Shown here one piece after another: positions 13,920 to 26,773 of a stretch of 64,000 bases of DNA. Numbering within the stretch: position 1 is the first letter of the stretch; each line of letters opens with the position of its first letter. Below the pieces are notes generated by a model. It was not told the origin of the DNA. It ran no database searches and worked only from the letters and a program-made list of their open reading frames with translations. Made by a program: the position numbers and the translations under genes. Source of the stretch: Octopus vulgaris (lineage: Eukaryota); assembly GCA_951406725.2 (NCBI GenBank), contig OX597820.1, forward strand, positions 16,740,001 through 16,804,000. The letters run 5' to 3'.

Positions 13920-14049
13920 ACACACACATACACACACATATATGTATCGACATATATATATAATTAATAATATACAAAAAAAAAGCAGGTATGCTATCAA
14001 ATCCTTTAGAAAACGTACATCGGTTTCATGTTGTATATATGTATCTATA

Positions 14050-14107
<58 letters not shown>

Positions 14108-14362
14108 TATATATATATATAGACACATATATACATACATGCATACATATATGTGTGTATGAGCATATATATATATATATATAAATATATATATATATAC
14201 ACATACATATACACACATATTTATATTTGTGTACATACATACTTACATATATAATACTTACACACACATACACACACATATATATCAATATATATAATTA
14301 ATAATATACAAAAAAAACTGGTATGCTATCAAATGTTTTAGGGAACGTAAACCGGTTTCATG

Positions 14363-14411
<49 letters not shown>

Positions 14412-14446
14412 ACACACACACACATACACACACACACACAGATATA

Positions 14447-14480
<34 letters not shown>

Positions 14481-14530
14481 CATATATCCATACATGCATA
14501 CATAAATGTGTGTATGAGCATATATATATA

Positions 14531-14604
<74 letters not shown>

Positions 14605-14630
14605 TATATATATATGTATATATATATATG

Positions 14631-14680
<50 letters not shown>

Positions 14681-14695
14681 TATTTATATTTAAAC
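13920..14695 (+). repeat. Degenerate tandem duplication, period about 340-350 bp
   Basis: TAATTAATAATATACAAAAA..GGTATGCTATCAAAT..CGGTTTCATG and ATGTGTGTATGAGCATAT each occur twice in the same order. Confidence 0.8.
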
Positions 14696-14975
14696 GTATG
14701 TTTATATGTCTTCCCCCTGTGCATACTTTTCAGTGCGTAGACTTAAACAGCATACGCCCTGCTCTCATATTATCTATGTGTTTATGAATGTATTTCTGTG
14801 TCTGTTTGCTTGTAAGATGGCTTCCAACTTTAATTAACGATATCGACATGTATATTTTTCGATCTCAACTGTTTGGTTACAAATATATTGTTTATTTGAA
14901 ACGTTTTAGCTTTTTTATTGCACTCACGCACGCCTAGACGCACTCAGGTATAGAGGCAGCCGTACACCTATGCAT

Positions 14976-14976
14976 C

Positions 14977-15008
<32 letters not shown>

Positions 15009-15056
15009 TGTATGTATGTATGTATGTATGTATGTATGTATGTATGTATGTATGTA

Positions 15057-15089
<33 letters not shown>

Positions 15090-15674
15090 ATGTATGTATG
15101 TATGTATGTATGTGTGTGTATATGTATGTATGTATGTGTGTGTGTATGTATGTATGTATGTGTGTGTGTATGTATGTATGTATGTTTGTATGTATGTATG
15201 TATGTATGCATGCATGTATGTATGTATGTATGTATGTATGTATGTATGTATGTATGTATGTGTGTGTATGTAGGTATGTATGTGTGTGTGTATGTATGTA
15301 TGTATGTGTGTGTGTATGTATGTATGTATGTATGTATGTGTGTGTATGTATGTATATGTGTGTGTGTATGTATGTATGTATGTGTGTGTGTGTGTATGTA
15401 TATATTTATGTATGTATGTATGTATGTGTGTGTGTGTGTATGTATGTATGTGTGTATGTATGCATGTATGTATGTATGTATGTATGTATGTGTGTGTATG
15501 TATGTATGTATGTATGTGTGTGTGTATGTATGTATGTATGTGTGTGTGTGTGTATGTATGTATTTATGTATGTATGTATGTATGTATGTGTGTATGTATG
15601 TATGTGTGTATGTATGTATATATGTATGTATGTGTATTTTTATGTATGTTTGTATGCATGTTTGTATGTATGTT

Positions 15675-15706
<32 letters not shown>

Positions 15707-15786
15707 TGTGAATGTGCGTGTATGTATGCATGTATGTATGTATGTTTGTATGTATGGACATATGTGTATGTGTGTATGCGTGTGTG
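14976..15786. repeat. About 800-bp (TATG)n/(TG)n compound microsatellite
   Basis: Direct reading. Confidence 0.97.
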
Positions 15787-15806
15787 TGTGTGTTTGCGTG
15801 TATGTG

Positions 15807-16352
15807 CGTGGCTTAGCGGTTAGGGTATTCGGCTCACGGTCATAAGGTCGTGATTTCGATTCCCGGCGGCACGCTGTGTCCTTGAGCAAGACACTCTATT
15901 TCTTCTTGTCCCAAGTCCACTCAGCTGGCAAAAACGATTTGTGCCCGTAATTCAAAGAACCAGCCTAATTCCTCTCAGCGTCACGCTGAAGCTCTCTTAA
16001 TATGACGTTAAGGATACGTGTGTCTGTGGGGTACCCAGGCATTTGCACGTTGATTTCACGTGCGCTCTGTTCGGGTAATCTATCAACTAGAACACTCGTC
16101 GTCTTACCCAATAGAGAGCCAGACCGCGTATGTATGTATGTATGTATGTATGTATGTATGTATGTATGTATGTATGTATGTATGTATGTATGTATGTGTG
16201 TGTATATGTATGTATGTATGTGTGTGTGTATGTATGTATGTATGTGTGTGTGTATGTATGTATGTATGTTTGTATGTATGTATGTATGTATGCATGCATG
16301 TATGTATGTATGTATGTATGTATGTATGTATGTATGTATGTATGCATGTATG

Positions 16353-16387
<35 letters not shown>

Positions 16388-16452
16388 TTTCACGGGCAAT
16401 CTGTTCCATTGATCGTATCAGCTGGGACCCTCATTGTCGTAACCGACGGAGT
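15807..16452 (+). mobile_element. SINE head D plus tail-1, interrupted by (TATG)n, tail end present twice
   Basis: A-box TGGCTTAGCGGTT, B-box ATTTCGATTCCC, TGTGTCCTTGAGCAAGACACT; tail-1 at 15980-16110 and again at 16385-16452. Confidence 0.8.
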
Positions 16453-16459
16453 GGTCATA

Positions 16460-16548
<89 letters not shown>

Positions 16549-16644
16549 ACATACATACATATATTACACACACACACACACACATATATATATGCACATG
16601 CATAGAGATATATATTATATAAAAATGGTTTGATTCGGCTCTAT

Positions 16645-16692
16645 GCGACTTAAAGTTTCGCAGACTCGTCAAAGGAACCTATTTCATCAGGC
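16645..16692 (-). ncRNA. Degenerate type I hammerhead-like motif
   Basis: Minus strand GC-CUGAUGA-A-AUAGGUUC..GAGUCUGC-GAAAC-UUUAA-GUC-GC; stem I only 2 bp, stem II wobble-rich. Confidence 0.45.
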
Positions 16693-16765
16693 TTCTGTCA
16701 GGCTATTAATAAATGATATATATAACTGCTACTATACGTGTAGTGCGGTATTTCCTTTCATTTGT

Positions 16766-16808
<43 letters not shown>

Positions 16809-17327
16809 TACACACAACACACACACACACGCACACATATATAATAACAGTTTGCCTCACTTTCCGCATCACGAAATTTTAACAAATGTGGAGTTGAGTG
16901 ATGCTGTTATCAAATGCATGTAATTTGGATCAAATATGATGAGTTCTAATGCTTTTTGTTTGCTTACACACTTGTTTGCCACATATCTAATGTATGTGTG
17001 AAATAAACGCTGCAAAGCTACGGTATTTCATCTAAGGGAGACCCCTTTAAAGATGAATCATATTGAAAAAAAACACAGTATATCTTATAGCTAGGCGAAA
17101 CGAACCCCCTCCCCCACTTATTCTTGCTCTTCAGTGTCAGATACTACCCCACTTCTGAAAGGACATGTAACAGTTAATCATAGGTATGTATATAAACGGT
17201 ATAAAATCTATTTACTGATGGGAAAAAGTGTCGCAAAAGAAGAACAAAATTCAAATTTTGTGTTAGAAGCCACTTTATAATGTAAATATTATCAATATCA
17301 TATATTTAATGTATGTGCGTTAGTGAA

Positions 17328-17415
<88 letters not shown>

Positions 17416-17597
17416 TTTTCTTTTCGTTTGTTCCTTTCCCTTTTTTTCTTCTTTTCCTATTTTTTCCCTTTTACGATCCCTTTTGATCGAAAACCTACGC
17501 CACCTTTTTTTTTATTTTTATTTCATCCCCCAAAAGAAAAGCTCTACCGTGTAACTTGTCCCATCTGTGTGCAGCCCTGTGTGGCCAATAAAGAAAC

Positions 17598-17683
<86 letters not shown>

Positions 17684-17751
17684 GTATGTATGTATGTGTG
17701 TGTGTGTGTGTGTGTATACATACGTATATATTTATGTATATGTGGGTAAAG

Positions 17752-18047
17752 ACCCTCTTCGGTCAGGAATGACCATGGGTTTGCACCTAGAATGTTTCCC
17801 TTCGAGGCACAAAGCCGGACAAGGTTGTTTATGGAAAACCAACAGTCGCCCATGCATACCAGCCTCCCCTCTACACGCCGCCAATGCTGTCCAAGGGAAA
17901 GGCAAAGGTCAATACAGCTTGGCGCTAGTGACGTCACGGCTCATTTCTACAGCTGAGTGAACTGGAGCAGCGTGAAATAAAGTGCCGTGCCTTGCTCAAG
18001 AACACAACACATAGCCCGGACCGGGAATTGAACTCGCTACCTCATGA
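17752..18047 (-). mobile_element. SINE head D (partial) plus tail-2
   Basis: Homologous to 54633-54951; B-box GAGTTCAATTCCC on minus. Confidence 0.85.
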
Positions 18048-18235
18048 ACCATTGTACATTTGAATTAGTATGCATTCCAATAAATACATATACATGTCTG
18101 CATGTGTATAAATATATATATTTATACACATACTTACACGCACACATGTATATGTATGTATGTATGCATGCATGCATGTATGTATGTATGTATGCATGCA
18201 CGTATGTATGTATGCATGAATGAATGTATGTATGC

Positions 18236-18364
<129 letters not shown>

Positions 18365-19303
18365 GAAATAGATATACAAATACATATATACATATAAATG
18401 TAGTGATACAAGTATACACAGGAGCATGATCATGTACATAGTGAAACATTGGACTATGTGTTAGGTGTTGAGTTACTTACTTCGAATTTCAGATCAGCTC
18501 AAAGCACTTTGGAGATTACCTTTAAGAATATTTGTTATACATATTTATAAGAAAACTTACGTATTCATATCCCTTATGTTTTTATCATGTGAAATTAAGC
18601 TCGATATGAGGTGCAGAACGCAAGCTTTTGCTTGAATAAAACCTATCACCATGCTTCGTGTCCAAAAATAAATTGCCATCTATCATCTATACTATAATAT
18701 AGAAAGCAGCTTATCTGTTTGGAGCATGTAACTTTCTCTAAATTCTTTTATTAAAGTGTACACTGTCTAGAAAATTCTCATAAATTCCAATTTTGATATT
18801 GTTTTTTCATCAAAATGTGTTTTTCGAGAATCTTTTATTATTGATTTCACCTAAATGCTAAAAGCTTTTTCTGATTAGCATTTCACTAACTTTTATTCCC
18901 TGTGACGTACGTTTTTTCCCATCATATATTTATATCCCCTTTTCAACAGTTTCCTTGCAAAGCTGTCTGCCTGTCTCTATCTCTTCTTTGTTTTCCACTT
19001 CCATTTATATTAGTCTTTCCGTTTCTGTATCCTTATAACTTTTTTCTCTCTCACCATCATCCTCATCCTTTTTATCAACGTCTTTCTCACTTCAGTCTTT
19101 CCTTCTTCTTCCATTACTGTCATCTCCCTATTATTCTCGTCTTGCCCCTGCAAAGCCTGTTACTTTCACTTTATTTCTTTCCCACTCTATCCCTCTTTCT
19201 CACTCGCCCTCTATTACCTTTATTCAATTATATAAAAAGAATGATTCCATAGTAACACTTTTAGACTATTTGTGAAAATTTTTACACCATATTTTTACAT
19301 CTA

Positions 19304-19712
19304 ATAGGCGCAAGAGTGGCTGTGGGGTAAGTAGCTTGTCTACGAACCACATGCTTGCGGGTTCAGTCCCACTGCGTGGCACCTTGGGCAAGTGTCTTCT
19401 ACTATAGCCTCGGGCCGACCAAAGCCTTGTGAGTGGATTTGGTAGACGGAAACTGAAAGAAGCCCGTCGTATATATGTATATATATGTATGCGAGTGTGT
19501 ATTTGTGTGTCTGTGTTTGTCCCTCTAGCATTGCTTGGCAACCGATGCTGGTGTGCTAATGTCCCCGTTACTTAGCGGTTCGGCAAAAGAGACCGATAGA
19601 ATAAGTACTGGGCTTACAAAAGAATAAGTCCCGGGGTCGAGTTGCTCGACTAAAGGCGGTGCTCCAGCATGGCCGCAGTCAAATGACTGAAACAAGTAAA
19701 AGAATAAAAGAA
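19304..19712 (+). mobile_element. SINE family A, full length
   Basis: TAGGCGCAAGAGTGGCTGTG...GACTGAAACAAGTAAAAGAAT. Confidence 0.93.
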
Positions 19713-19980
19713 TATCAATTTATCATATAAAATTACCTAGAAATTTTTCATTTCATGTTTTATTCATATTGATAGATATTCACATCACAACAGTTTCGTA
19801 CAAGCAAACAGAAAGTGGTATTTCTGCTTGTAGACTAAATGCGAGATGCCAACCGTTTGAAGGAACTTGGTTAAACCAAGCATTGACTTCACTGCACATC
19901 TTTAAAAGTCCATCCTTCACAAAGAAAATTACGCTAATTGTCCAGTTGGTATAATGTTTAGTATATAGGCATCTATGGAA

Positions 19981-20366
19981 CGGAGGCGCAATGGCCCAGT
20001 GGTTAGGGCAGCGGACTCGCGGTCATAGGATCACGGTTTCGATTCCCAGACCGGACGTTGTGAGTGTTTATTGAGCGAAAACACCTAAAGCTCCACGAGG
20101 CTCCGGCAGGGGATGGTGGTGATCCCTGCTGTACTTTTTCACCACAACTTTCTCTCACTCTTACTTCCTGTTTCTGTTGTACCTGTATTTCAAGGGGCCG
20201 GCCTTGTCACTCTCTGTGTCACGCTGAATATCCCCGAGAACTACGTTAAGGGTACACGTGTCTGTGGAGTGCTCAGCCACTTACACGTTAATTTCACGAG
20301 CAGGCTGTTCCGTTGATTCGGATCAACCGGAACCCTCATCGTCGTAACCGACGGAGTGCTTCCATC
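19981..20366 (+). mobile_element. SINE head C plus tail-1, full length with TSD
   Basis: A-box TGGCCCAGTGGTT, B-box GGTTTCGATTCCC; TSD CATCTATGGA at 19970-19979 and 20367-20376. Confidence 0.93.
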
Positions 20367-20532
20367 CATCTATGGAGCATTCAGCCACTTACCGTATCAG
20401 TAACTACTTGTATTAGTTGAAAAATTGAAACACTCATAGATCAAAACTCAATCCTAGACTCTTTCAGTCTGAGTTGTGCTAACTAGAAATGGTTAAAATT
20501 CCTTGGTGCTCACTACATTAAAAGTGTTAACA

Positions 20533-20932
20533 CTTACTCTTTTACTCTTTTACTTGTTTCAGTCATTTGACTGTGGCCATGCTGGAGCACCGCCTTTAGT
20601 CGAGCAAATCAACCTCAGGACTTATTCTTTGTAAGCCTGGTACTTATTCTATCGGTCTCTTTTGGCGAACCGTTAAGTTACGGGGACGTAAACACACCAG
20701 CATCGGTTGTCAAGCGATGTTGGGACGGGGACAAACACAGACATACAAACACACACACATATACACAGCATGCCTCCATGCTTGTTTTCAGTCTTTTATT
20801 TGGCTCTTGTTTCATTCGTTCTGAGTAACATAAAACTTCTTTCAGTTTCCGTCTAACACAGACACACAAACACAAACACACACATACACACACACATACA
20901 TACATACATACAGACAGACATACATACATACA

Positions 20933-20964
<32 letters not shown>

Positions 20965-21083
20965 CGACGGGCTTCTTTTATCAAATCCGAGGCTATAGTA
21001 GAAGACACTTGCCCAAGGTGTCACGCAGTGGGACTGAACGCGGAACCATGTGGTTCGTAAGCAAGCAACTAACCACACAGCCT
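20533..21083 (-). mobile_element. SINE family A, internally rearranged
   Basis: Tail 20533-20760, head 20963-21083, foreign segment of about 70 bp at 20774-20840. Confidence 0.85.
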
Positions 21084-21535
21084 GAAGAATTACCATTTAT
21101 TAGACACATGACTACTAAAAATCGACAAGTTTCTCATATTATTCAACTCTTAAACACTCAAAGTGTAAAATTTCTAATCTCTTCTTAATCCTTTGCCTGT
21201 CCAAAGCATTTTCCTAATTTTGTCCTCAACATCCATGTTTGTTTTCAGACTTTTAGTTAACCCTTGTTTCTTACTTTCTGAATAACATAAAGCTTTCCTC
21301 TCGTAAGTCCCAAGTGTATCATACGTAGTATCATATGTGGTACATGAACGCAAGGGAAATATGTCCTGTGCATCACGTGACGCACAGTAGAAGCAGAGGG
21401 TTAACATTAATTTATTTATTACCCGTAGTGAAACAGTTGAATCCGGGGAAAGTCGTGATTCTATGCATCGGCGAATAGTAGCATAAAATGCTGAAACAGT
21501 GGAATAGAAGTTATGTGATGCGGAAGTAGAGAGGT

Positions 21536-21568
21536 CAAATGTTTCGAGTTGAACTCTTCATCAGAGCG
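21536..21568 (-). ncRNA. Partial hammerhead-like core
   Basis: Minus strand CUGAUGA-A-GAGU-UCA-ACUC-GAAAC; stems I and III not convincing. Confidence 0.4.
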
Positions 21569-22259
21569 TGATGAGTTCTCTTAGAAGTGGTTCGAGATAA
21601 GAGAGCGCTGAAAGCGGGAAGCTATTATAATAATGAATATTAAGGAAGGAGGAGGAAGAGGAGGAGAGAGAGGGACGTCATGATGGGGAAAGAAGTATTT
21701 GTGGAAGGGCAGCGGTCAAAGCGAGATGATAAGAAACAGGAACACCGGCAGATTTGCAAAAAAGAAACGAAACGAAACGAAACGAAAGCGAGATGGGATT
21801 AAGACGGGAAAAAATACCCACATACATACATGCATAAATACACAAACACACATTCATATATACTCGCATACACATACACATATTTATACAAAAACATACT
21901 TAAACACACAGGTATGCATACATACATGTATATACGCAAATAAGTTTGTTGAATAAGATGGGTTTGCTTGAAAATGTCGAGTAAGGAACACAGCCACCGA
22001 ACCGTGTTTATACGCATCCAGACGGATAGACGCCCATATTGAAATCAATAAATATTTAACCTGATTCAACATAACAAAATCAACTGATACCTGACTGTGT
22101 TGTCATTGCTGTTAATGTTATTCATATCGTTTAGCCTCCAGGTCAGCTCTGATCAAGCAAACTCATGATCAAAGATTTTTCGATACCACCATCCATGTTT
22201 TAATTTATTTTCGTTCAGCCTTCGAATAATCCATATTACGATATCCAGTATGTGCCTTA

Positions 22260-22677
22260 AAGGCGGCGAGCTGGCAGAAACGTTAGCACGCCGGGCGAAA
22301 TGTGTAGCCGTATTTCGTCTGCCGTTACGTTCAGAGTTCAAATTCCGCCGAGGTCGACTTTGCCTTTCATCCTTTCGGAGTCGATTAAATAAGTACCAGT
22401 TACGCACTGGGGTCGATATAATCGACTTAATTCGCCTGTCTGTCCTTGTTTGTCTCCTCTGTGTTTAGCCCCTTGTGGGTAGTAAATAAATAGGTATTTC
22501 GTCTGCCGTTACGTTCTGAGTTCAAATTCCGCCGTGGTCGACTTTGCCTTTCATCCTTTCGGGGTCGATAAATTAAGTACCAGCTACGCACTGGGGTCAA
22601 TATAATCGACTTAATCCGTCTGTCTGTTCTTGTTTGTCCCTTCTGTGTTTAGCCCCTTGTGGGCAATAAAGAAATAT
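22260..22677 (+). mobile_element. SINE family B dimer (head plus two 184-bp units) bounded by a 19-bp TSD
   Basis: ACGTTC at 22327 and 22511; ATATCCA(G/A)TATGTGCCTTA at 22241-22259 and 22678-22696. Confidence 0.93.
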
Positions 22678-22929
22678 ATATCCAATATGTGCCTTATCTT
22701 AAAACCAGTTTGAGTGAGACTTGGCTGCTATTTCTAGTAGATCAGATAGAAGCTGTCTCCTTGACTCATTTCCTGTTTTCTTGTTTTATGCTTTTCATTA
22801 TTAGAACCTTTTTTTTTTAGAAAACTTTCATTTTTAAAAAAAATTTCAGCCCGTGTGTTTAGACACACGCACACACATAGTAGGAAGAATTAAAGATAAA
22901 CCTGTCTCTAATTTTGCCTTTCTGATAAT

Positions 22930-23557
22930 GGTTTCAAATTTTGGGACAAAGTCAGTAATTTTAGAGGAGAGGGTAGACCGATTACATCGACCCAGTGCAC
23001 AACTGGCACATATTCTATCGATCCCGAAACGATGAAAAGCAAAGTGGACCTCGGCAGAATTTGAACTCAGAACGTAGCGGCAGACGAAATACCTATTTCT
23101 TTACTACTCACAAGGGGCTAAACACAGAGGAGACAAACAAGGACAAACAAACGGATTAAGTCGATTATATCGACCCCAGTGCGTAACTGGTACTTATTTA
23201 ATCGACCCCGAAAAGATGAATGGCAAAGTCGACCTCGGCAGAATTTGAACTCAGAACGTAACGGCAGACGAAATACCGCTAAGCATTTCGCCCGGTATGC
23301 TAACGATTCTGCCAGCTCGCCGCCTTAGGTAAGGGAGAAATATCTTTTCTACTATAGGCATAAGACCTAAAATTTCAAGGGAGGGGAGTCGATTACATCG
23401 ATCCCAGTGCTCAGCTGGTACTTATTTTATCGACCCCCGAAAGAATGAAAGGCAAAGTCGACCGCGGTGGAATTTGAACGCAGAACGTAACGGCAGACGA
23501 AATACGGCTACGCATTTCGCAAGGCGTGCTAACGTTTCTGCCACCTCGCCACCTTAA
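22930..23557 (-). mobile_element. Cluster of family B SINEs (184-bp-period multimer to 23326, then a monomer)
   Basis: CAGAACGT at about 23070 and 23254; heads end at 23326 and 23556. Confidence 0.9.
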
Positions 23558-24679
23558 GCAGAATCGACCTCATTGGGATTAGAACCGTGAGTATAGAGGC
23601 TGGAACGAATACTGCAGGCTATTCTATCCGATGCTCTAATGATTCAGCTGGATTTTCTTATAATGAAAAACATTTTTTTGATGAAAGTATGTATTTTCAA
23701 AATGCGGCTTCCTGAATTTATTCAAAACAGAATCCAATAAATCAGTGTGAAGAGGATGTAATACTTTTAAAAACATGTCTTGTCTGTTATAAAATGTCTT
23801 ACGTTAGAGACTGTGTTTGTCATACGTGTTCGTTTACTGTTGAATAACAAATAGCTGATATGACGGTAATTTTCTCTTTCAATATTCTTATTAAATTCAT
23901 ATTGCATTTCAGTCAATATTCTTATTTGCATCTACATACAAGTACTCCAGCCTTGAAAGATTTAGGAAGGCTGTATCTAGCGCCAAGAACATCTCATATA
24001 TTCCATGTCATTACAAACTACCAGTTGAGCGTATATATTTCCAAATTATTTGACTTTAAATATTGTAGATTGTGCTTAACACTATTCAATAAAATTGTTT
24101 ATTTACTACTTCTAAAGAGAATTTCTATTTTGTATAAATTTTATACAATATTTCTGTTTAACTTTACAAAATGTGTGTAAATAATTCTTTCAACAATGTC
24201 TGTTTTATGAGTACATTTTATTTGCATATTTTATTGATAATTCTTTTCAATGTTAGACTCTGAAAATGCTCGAGTGAAGGATTAAAAAATGTTACATTTA
24301 AATGTTGAAATTATTTCCGACAAATTGCTTTTCTCGTATGGAAATTTTAGCAGACAAAATGGCCGCTGTTAGATATGTATGATATTGTAAAAAGTTTATT
24401 ATCTTACTGGTTGTAACCCATCAAGCTGGGCACTACCGTCATTTGATTTTTAGTCGATCGTTACAACCAAAGTAATTATTTCAGTTTAGTGGTCATGTTA
24501 GGATTATAATCATCGAAAATCTAAGGTACAATTTTTGACATAACGGATCAAAACACCACCTTTACATCGGTAAACATGCCTACGTACTCTCTGAGACGCT
24601 TACATACGCAGACACATAGATGTCCATATGTAAGCGTGTAACACACATATATAACACATAAATTACGAATCACAGCTAT

Positions 24680-25075
24680 ATAGGCACAGTTATGGATCTA
24701 TCTTTAAGAAACAGGCTTTACAGCTACGTTTTTCCGGGTTCGATCCCAATGTGCATCATCTTGGGTAGTGTGTTCTACTACAGCACCAGAATGAATAATA
24801 CCTTGTTACGGAAATTGTGTCGAAGCCTGTCGTAAATACATGCATGTGTGTGTGTGCGTGTGTGTGTCTTTATGTTTGTTTGCCCCATCGCTTGATAATC
24901 GGTTTTGGTTTGTTTACGACCCCTTAATGTAACTGTTTGGGGAAAGAAATCGATAGAATATGTTCCAGACTTAAAAATTAATACTAGGGTCGATTTGTTC
25001 GGCTAAACCTTTAAAGGCGGTGCCCCAGCATGACCGCAGTTCAACACAGAAACAAGTAAAAAATAAAAGATAAGA
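24680..25075 (+). mobile_element. SINE family A, diverged
   Basis: GGGTTCGATCCC...AAAGGCGGTGCCCCAGCATGACCGCAG. Confidence 0.8.
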
Positions 25076-25670
25076 GATAAAACTGTTACAGGTCAAAGGA
25101 CATAATTTACGATTAGAAACAATAATTTTTAAAAGGTAGGATATTCAAGGAGGATAACTCCATTTGTTCTTTATGATGACGTTTTAGTTTCACTCACAAT
25201 AGGATATTCTTTCAAAGAAAGGAAACCTGAAAATTCTTATATCGTCAATGAAAGCCAACAAAAACATGGACGTAAGACATGAAAAAGTAATTTTAGAAAA
25301 ACAAATATCCTTTTAAAGAAGGTTATTTGATATGATTGCTTGTAACGAAAGTATTTTTTACAGAAACTCGACTTAAAATTATTAGTTTTTGAGTAATAAA
25401 TTAAACGATCGCAACAACGGAAATCCGTTTTATAATCACCTGGTTTCCTGAATATCAATATTGATTTTAAAGTGACACAAAAAAGACATATATTGAATTA
25501 ACTGAAAACACTTTCAAAATTCGTTATACACAATACACTCTTCGTTTAGCACTTCTTTTTTTTTCATCAAAATCTATTTGGTATCTAAAGCAGATAGTGA
25601 CGTTGCACGTTTGTATACACACCATTATTTTATTCTGAGGTTGCTTCTGAAATCGCTTTCAACGTTCATT

Positions 25671-26041
25671 GTGACCCCCTTCGGTCATGAATGACCATGG
25701 TATTGCATCTAGAAAGTTACCCTCCGAGGCACAAGTCTGGGCAAGGTTGTTTATGGAAGACCAGCAGTCGCCCATGCATACCGTCCTCCCCTCTTCACGC
25801 CACCAATGTTATCCAAGGGAAAGGCCCTTTGAAATACAGGTACACCAGAAACAGGAAGAAAGAGTGAGAGAAAGCTGTGGTGAAAGAGTACAGCAGGGAT
25901 CGCCACCACCCCATAACGGAACACCGAGAAGCTTTAGGTGTTTTCGCTCAATAAACACTCACAATGACCGGTCTGGGAATCGAAACCGCGATCCTACAAC
26001 CGCGAGTCCGCTGCCCTAACCACTGGACCATTGCGCCTCCA
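25671..26041 (-). mobile_element. Chimeric SINE head C plus tail-2 with 11-bp TSD
   Basis: TSD CAACGTTCATT at 25660-25670 and 26042-26052; module switch at about 25825. Confidence 0.9.
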
Positions 26042-26381
26042 CAACGTTCATTATTTATATACAATATAACCTTTCGATGAGATGAAGGAACAAGAGTAAT
26101 TTCACTTCATCATCGAAATTCATTTGCTACCTAAAGTATAGTAGCTAAGCAGAAAATGTCGTTCATCGTTTGGATAGACATCATAAATATTATACACGCT
26201 TTTGTTTTATTCTAAGGCTGCTTCAAGTACGTGCGTTTTGTGAAAACATTTTTTACTAGAAGAAATAAAATTGATTCTTTTTGAAGGAATTATATTTTGA
26301 AATCTACCGTAAATTCTTCAAATCTGCCATAAAAGATAACATTTTCCACGTCCGCTGTGACTGCTTAATGTTTATTGAGAA

Positions 26382-26773
26382 CTAGCAGTATCGTCCGGCG
26401 TTGATCGGGTTTGTTTCGACCCTTAAGAATTGGAATTTTTGAAAAGTAAAAATTTTGCATTATGTAGCTTGTTATTCTCTTTGAGTGAACATTTTTTTGG
26501 TTGAAATACACCGAAAAATGGCGACAGAGCAGTCAAAAAATCGTAAAAAATAGGGATTTTCATAGAAAAAAAGCACCTTTTTGATGTAAATAATTTTTGG
26601 TATTAACATGGTCCGATTTGAATTTTATCTTCTACGGAAGGAAGAGCAAGCCGCCTTCTTTCATACTCTCAATTTTGGTCAAATTGCGCCGCAGGGTCTC
26701 GGAGGAGATAGTGTTAGTTGAAGGCTACCAAACCTGCCATACACAGACAACTTCAGCTTTATATATAAAGAGA
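26382..26773 (-). mobile_element. Non-autonomous Helitron family H1, 392 bp
   Basis: Minus strand A|TCTCTTTATATATAAAGCTG...CAACGCCGGACGATACTGCTAG|T; same length as 29878-30269. Confidence 0.85.

Noticed and set aside
14970-15845. Long ORFs of 279-291 aa (MYVC repeats)
   Set aside because: Translation of (TATG)n/(TG)n; stop-free by composition
19981-20055. tRNA gene
   Set aside because: A and B boxes present but it runs into a SINE body with a TSD and occurs in multiple decayed copies; same for the other heads
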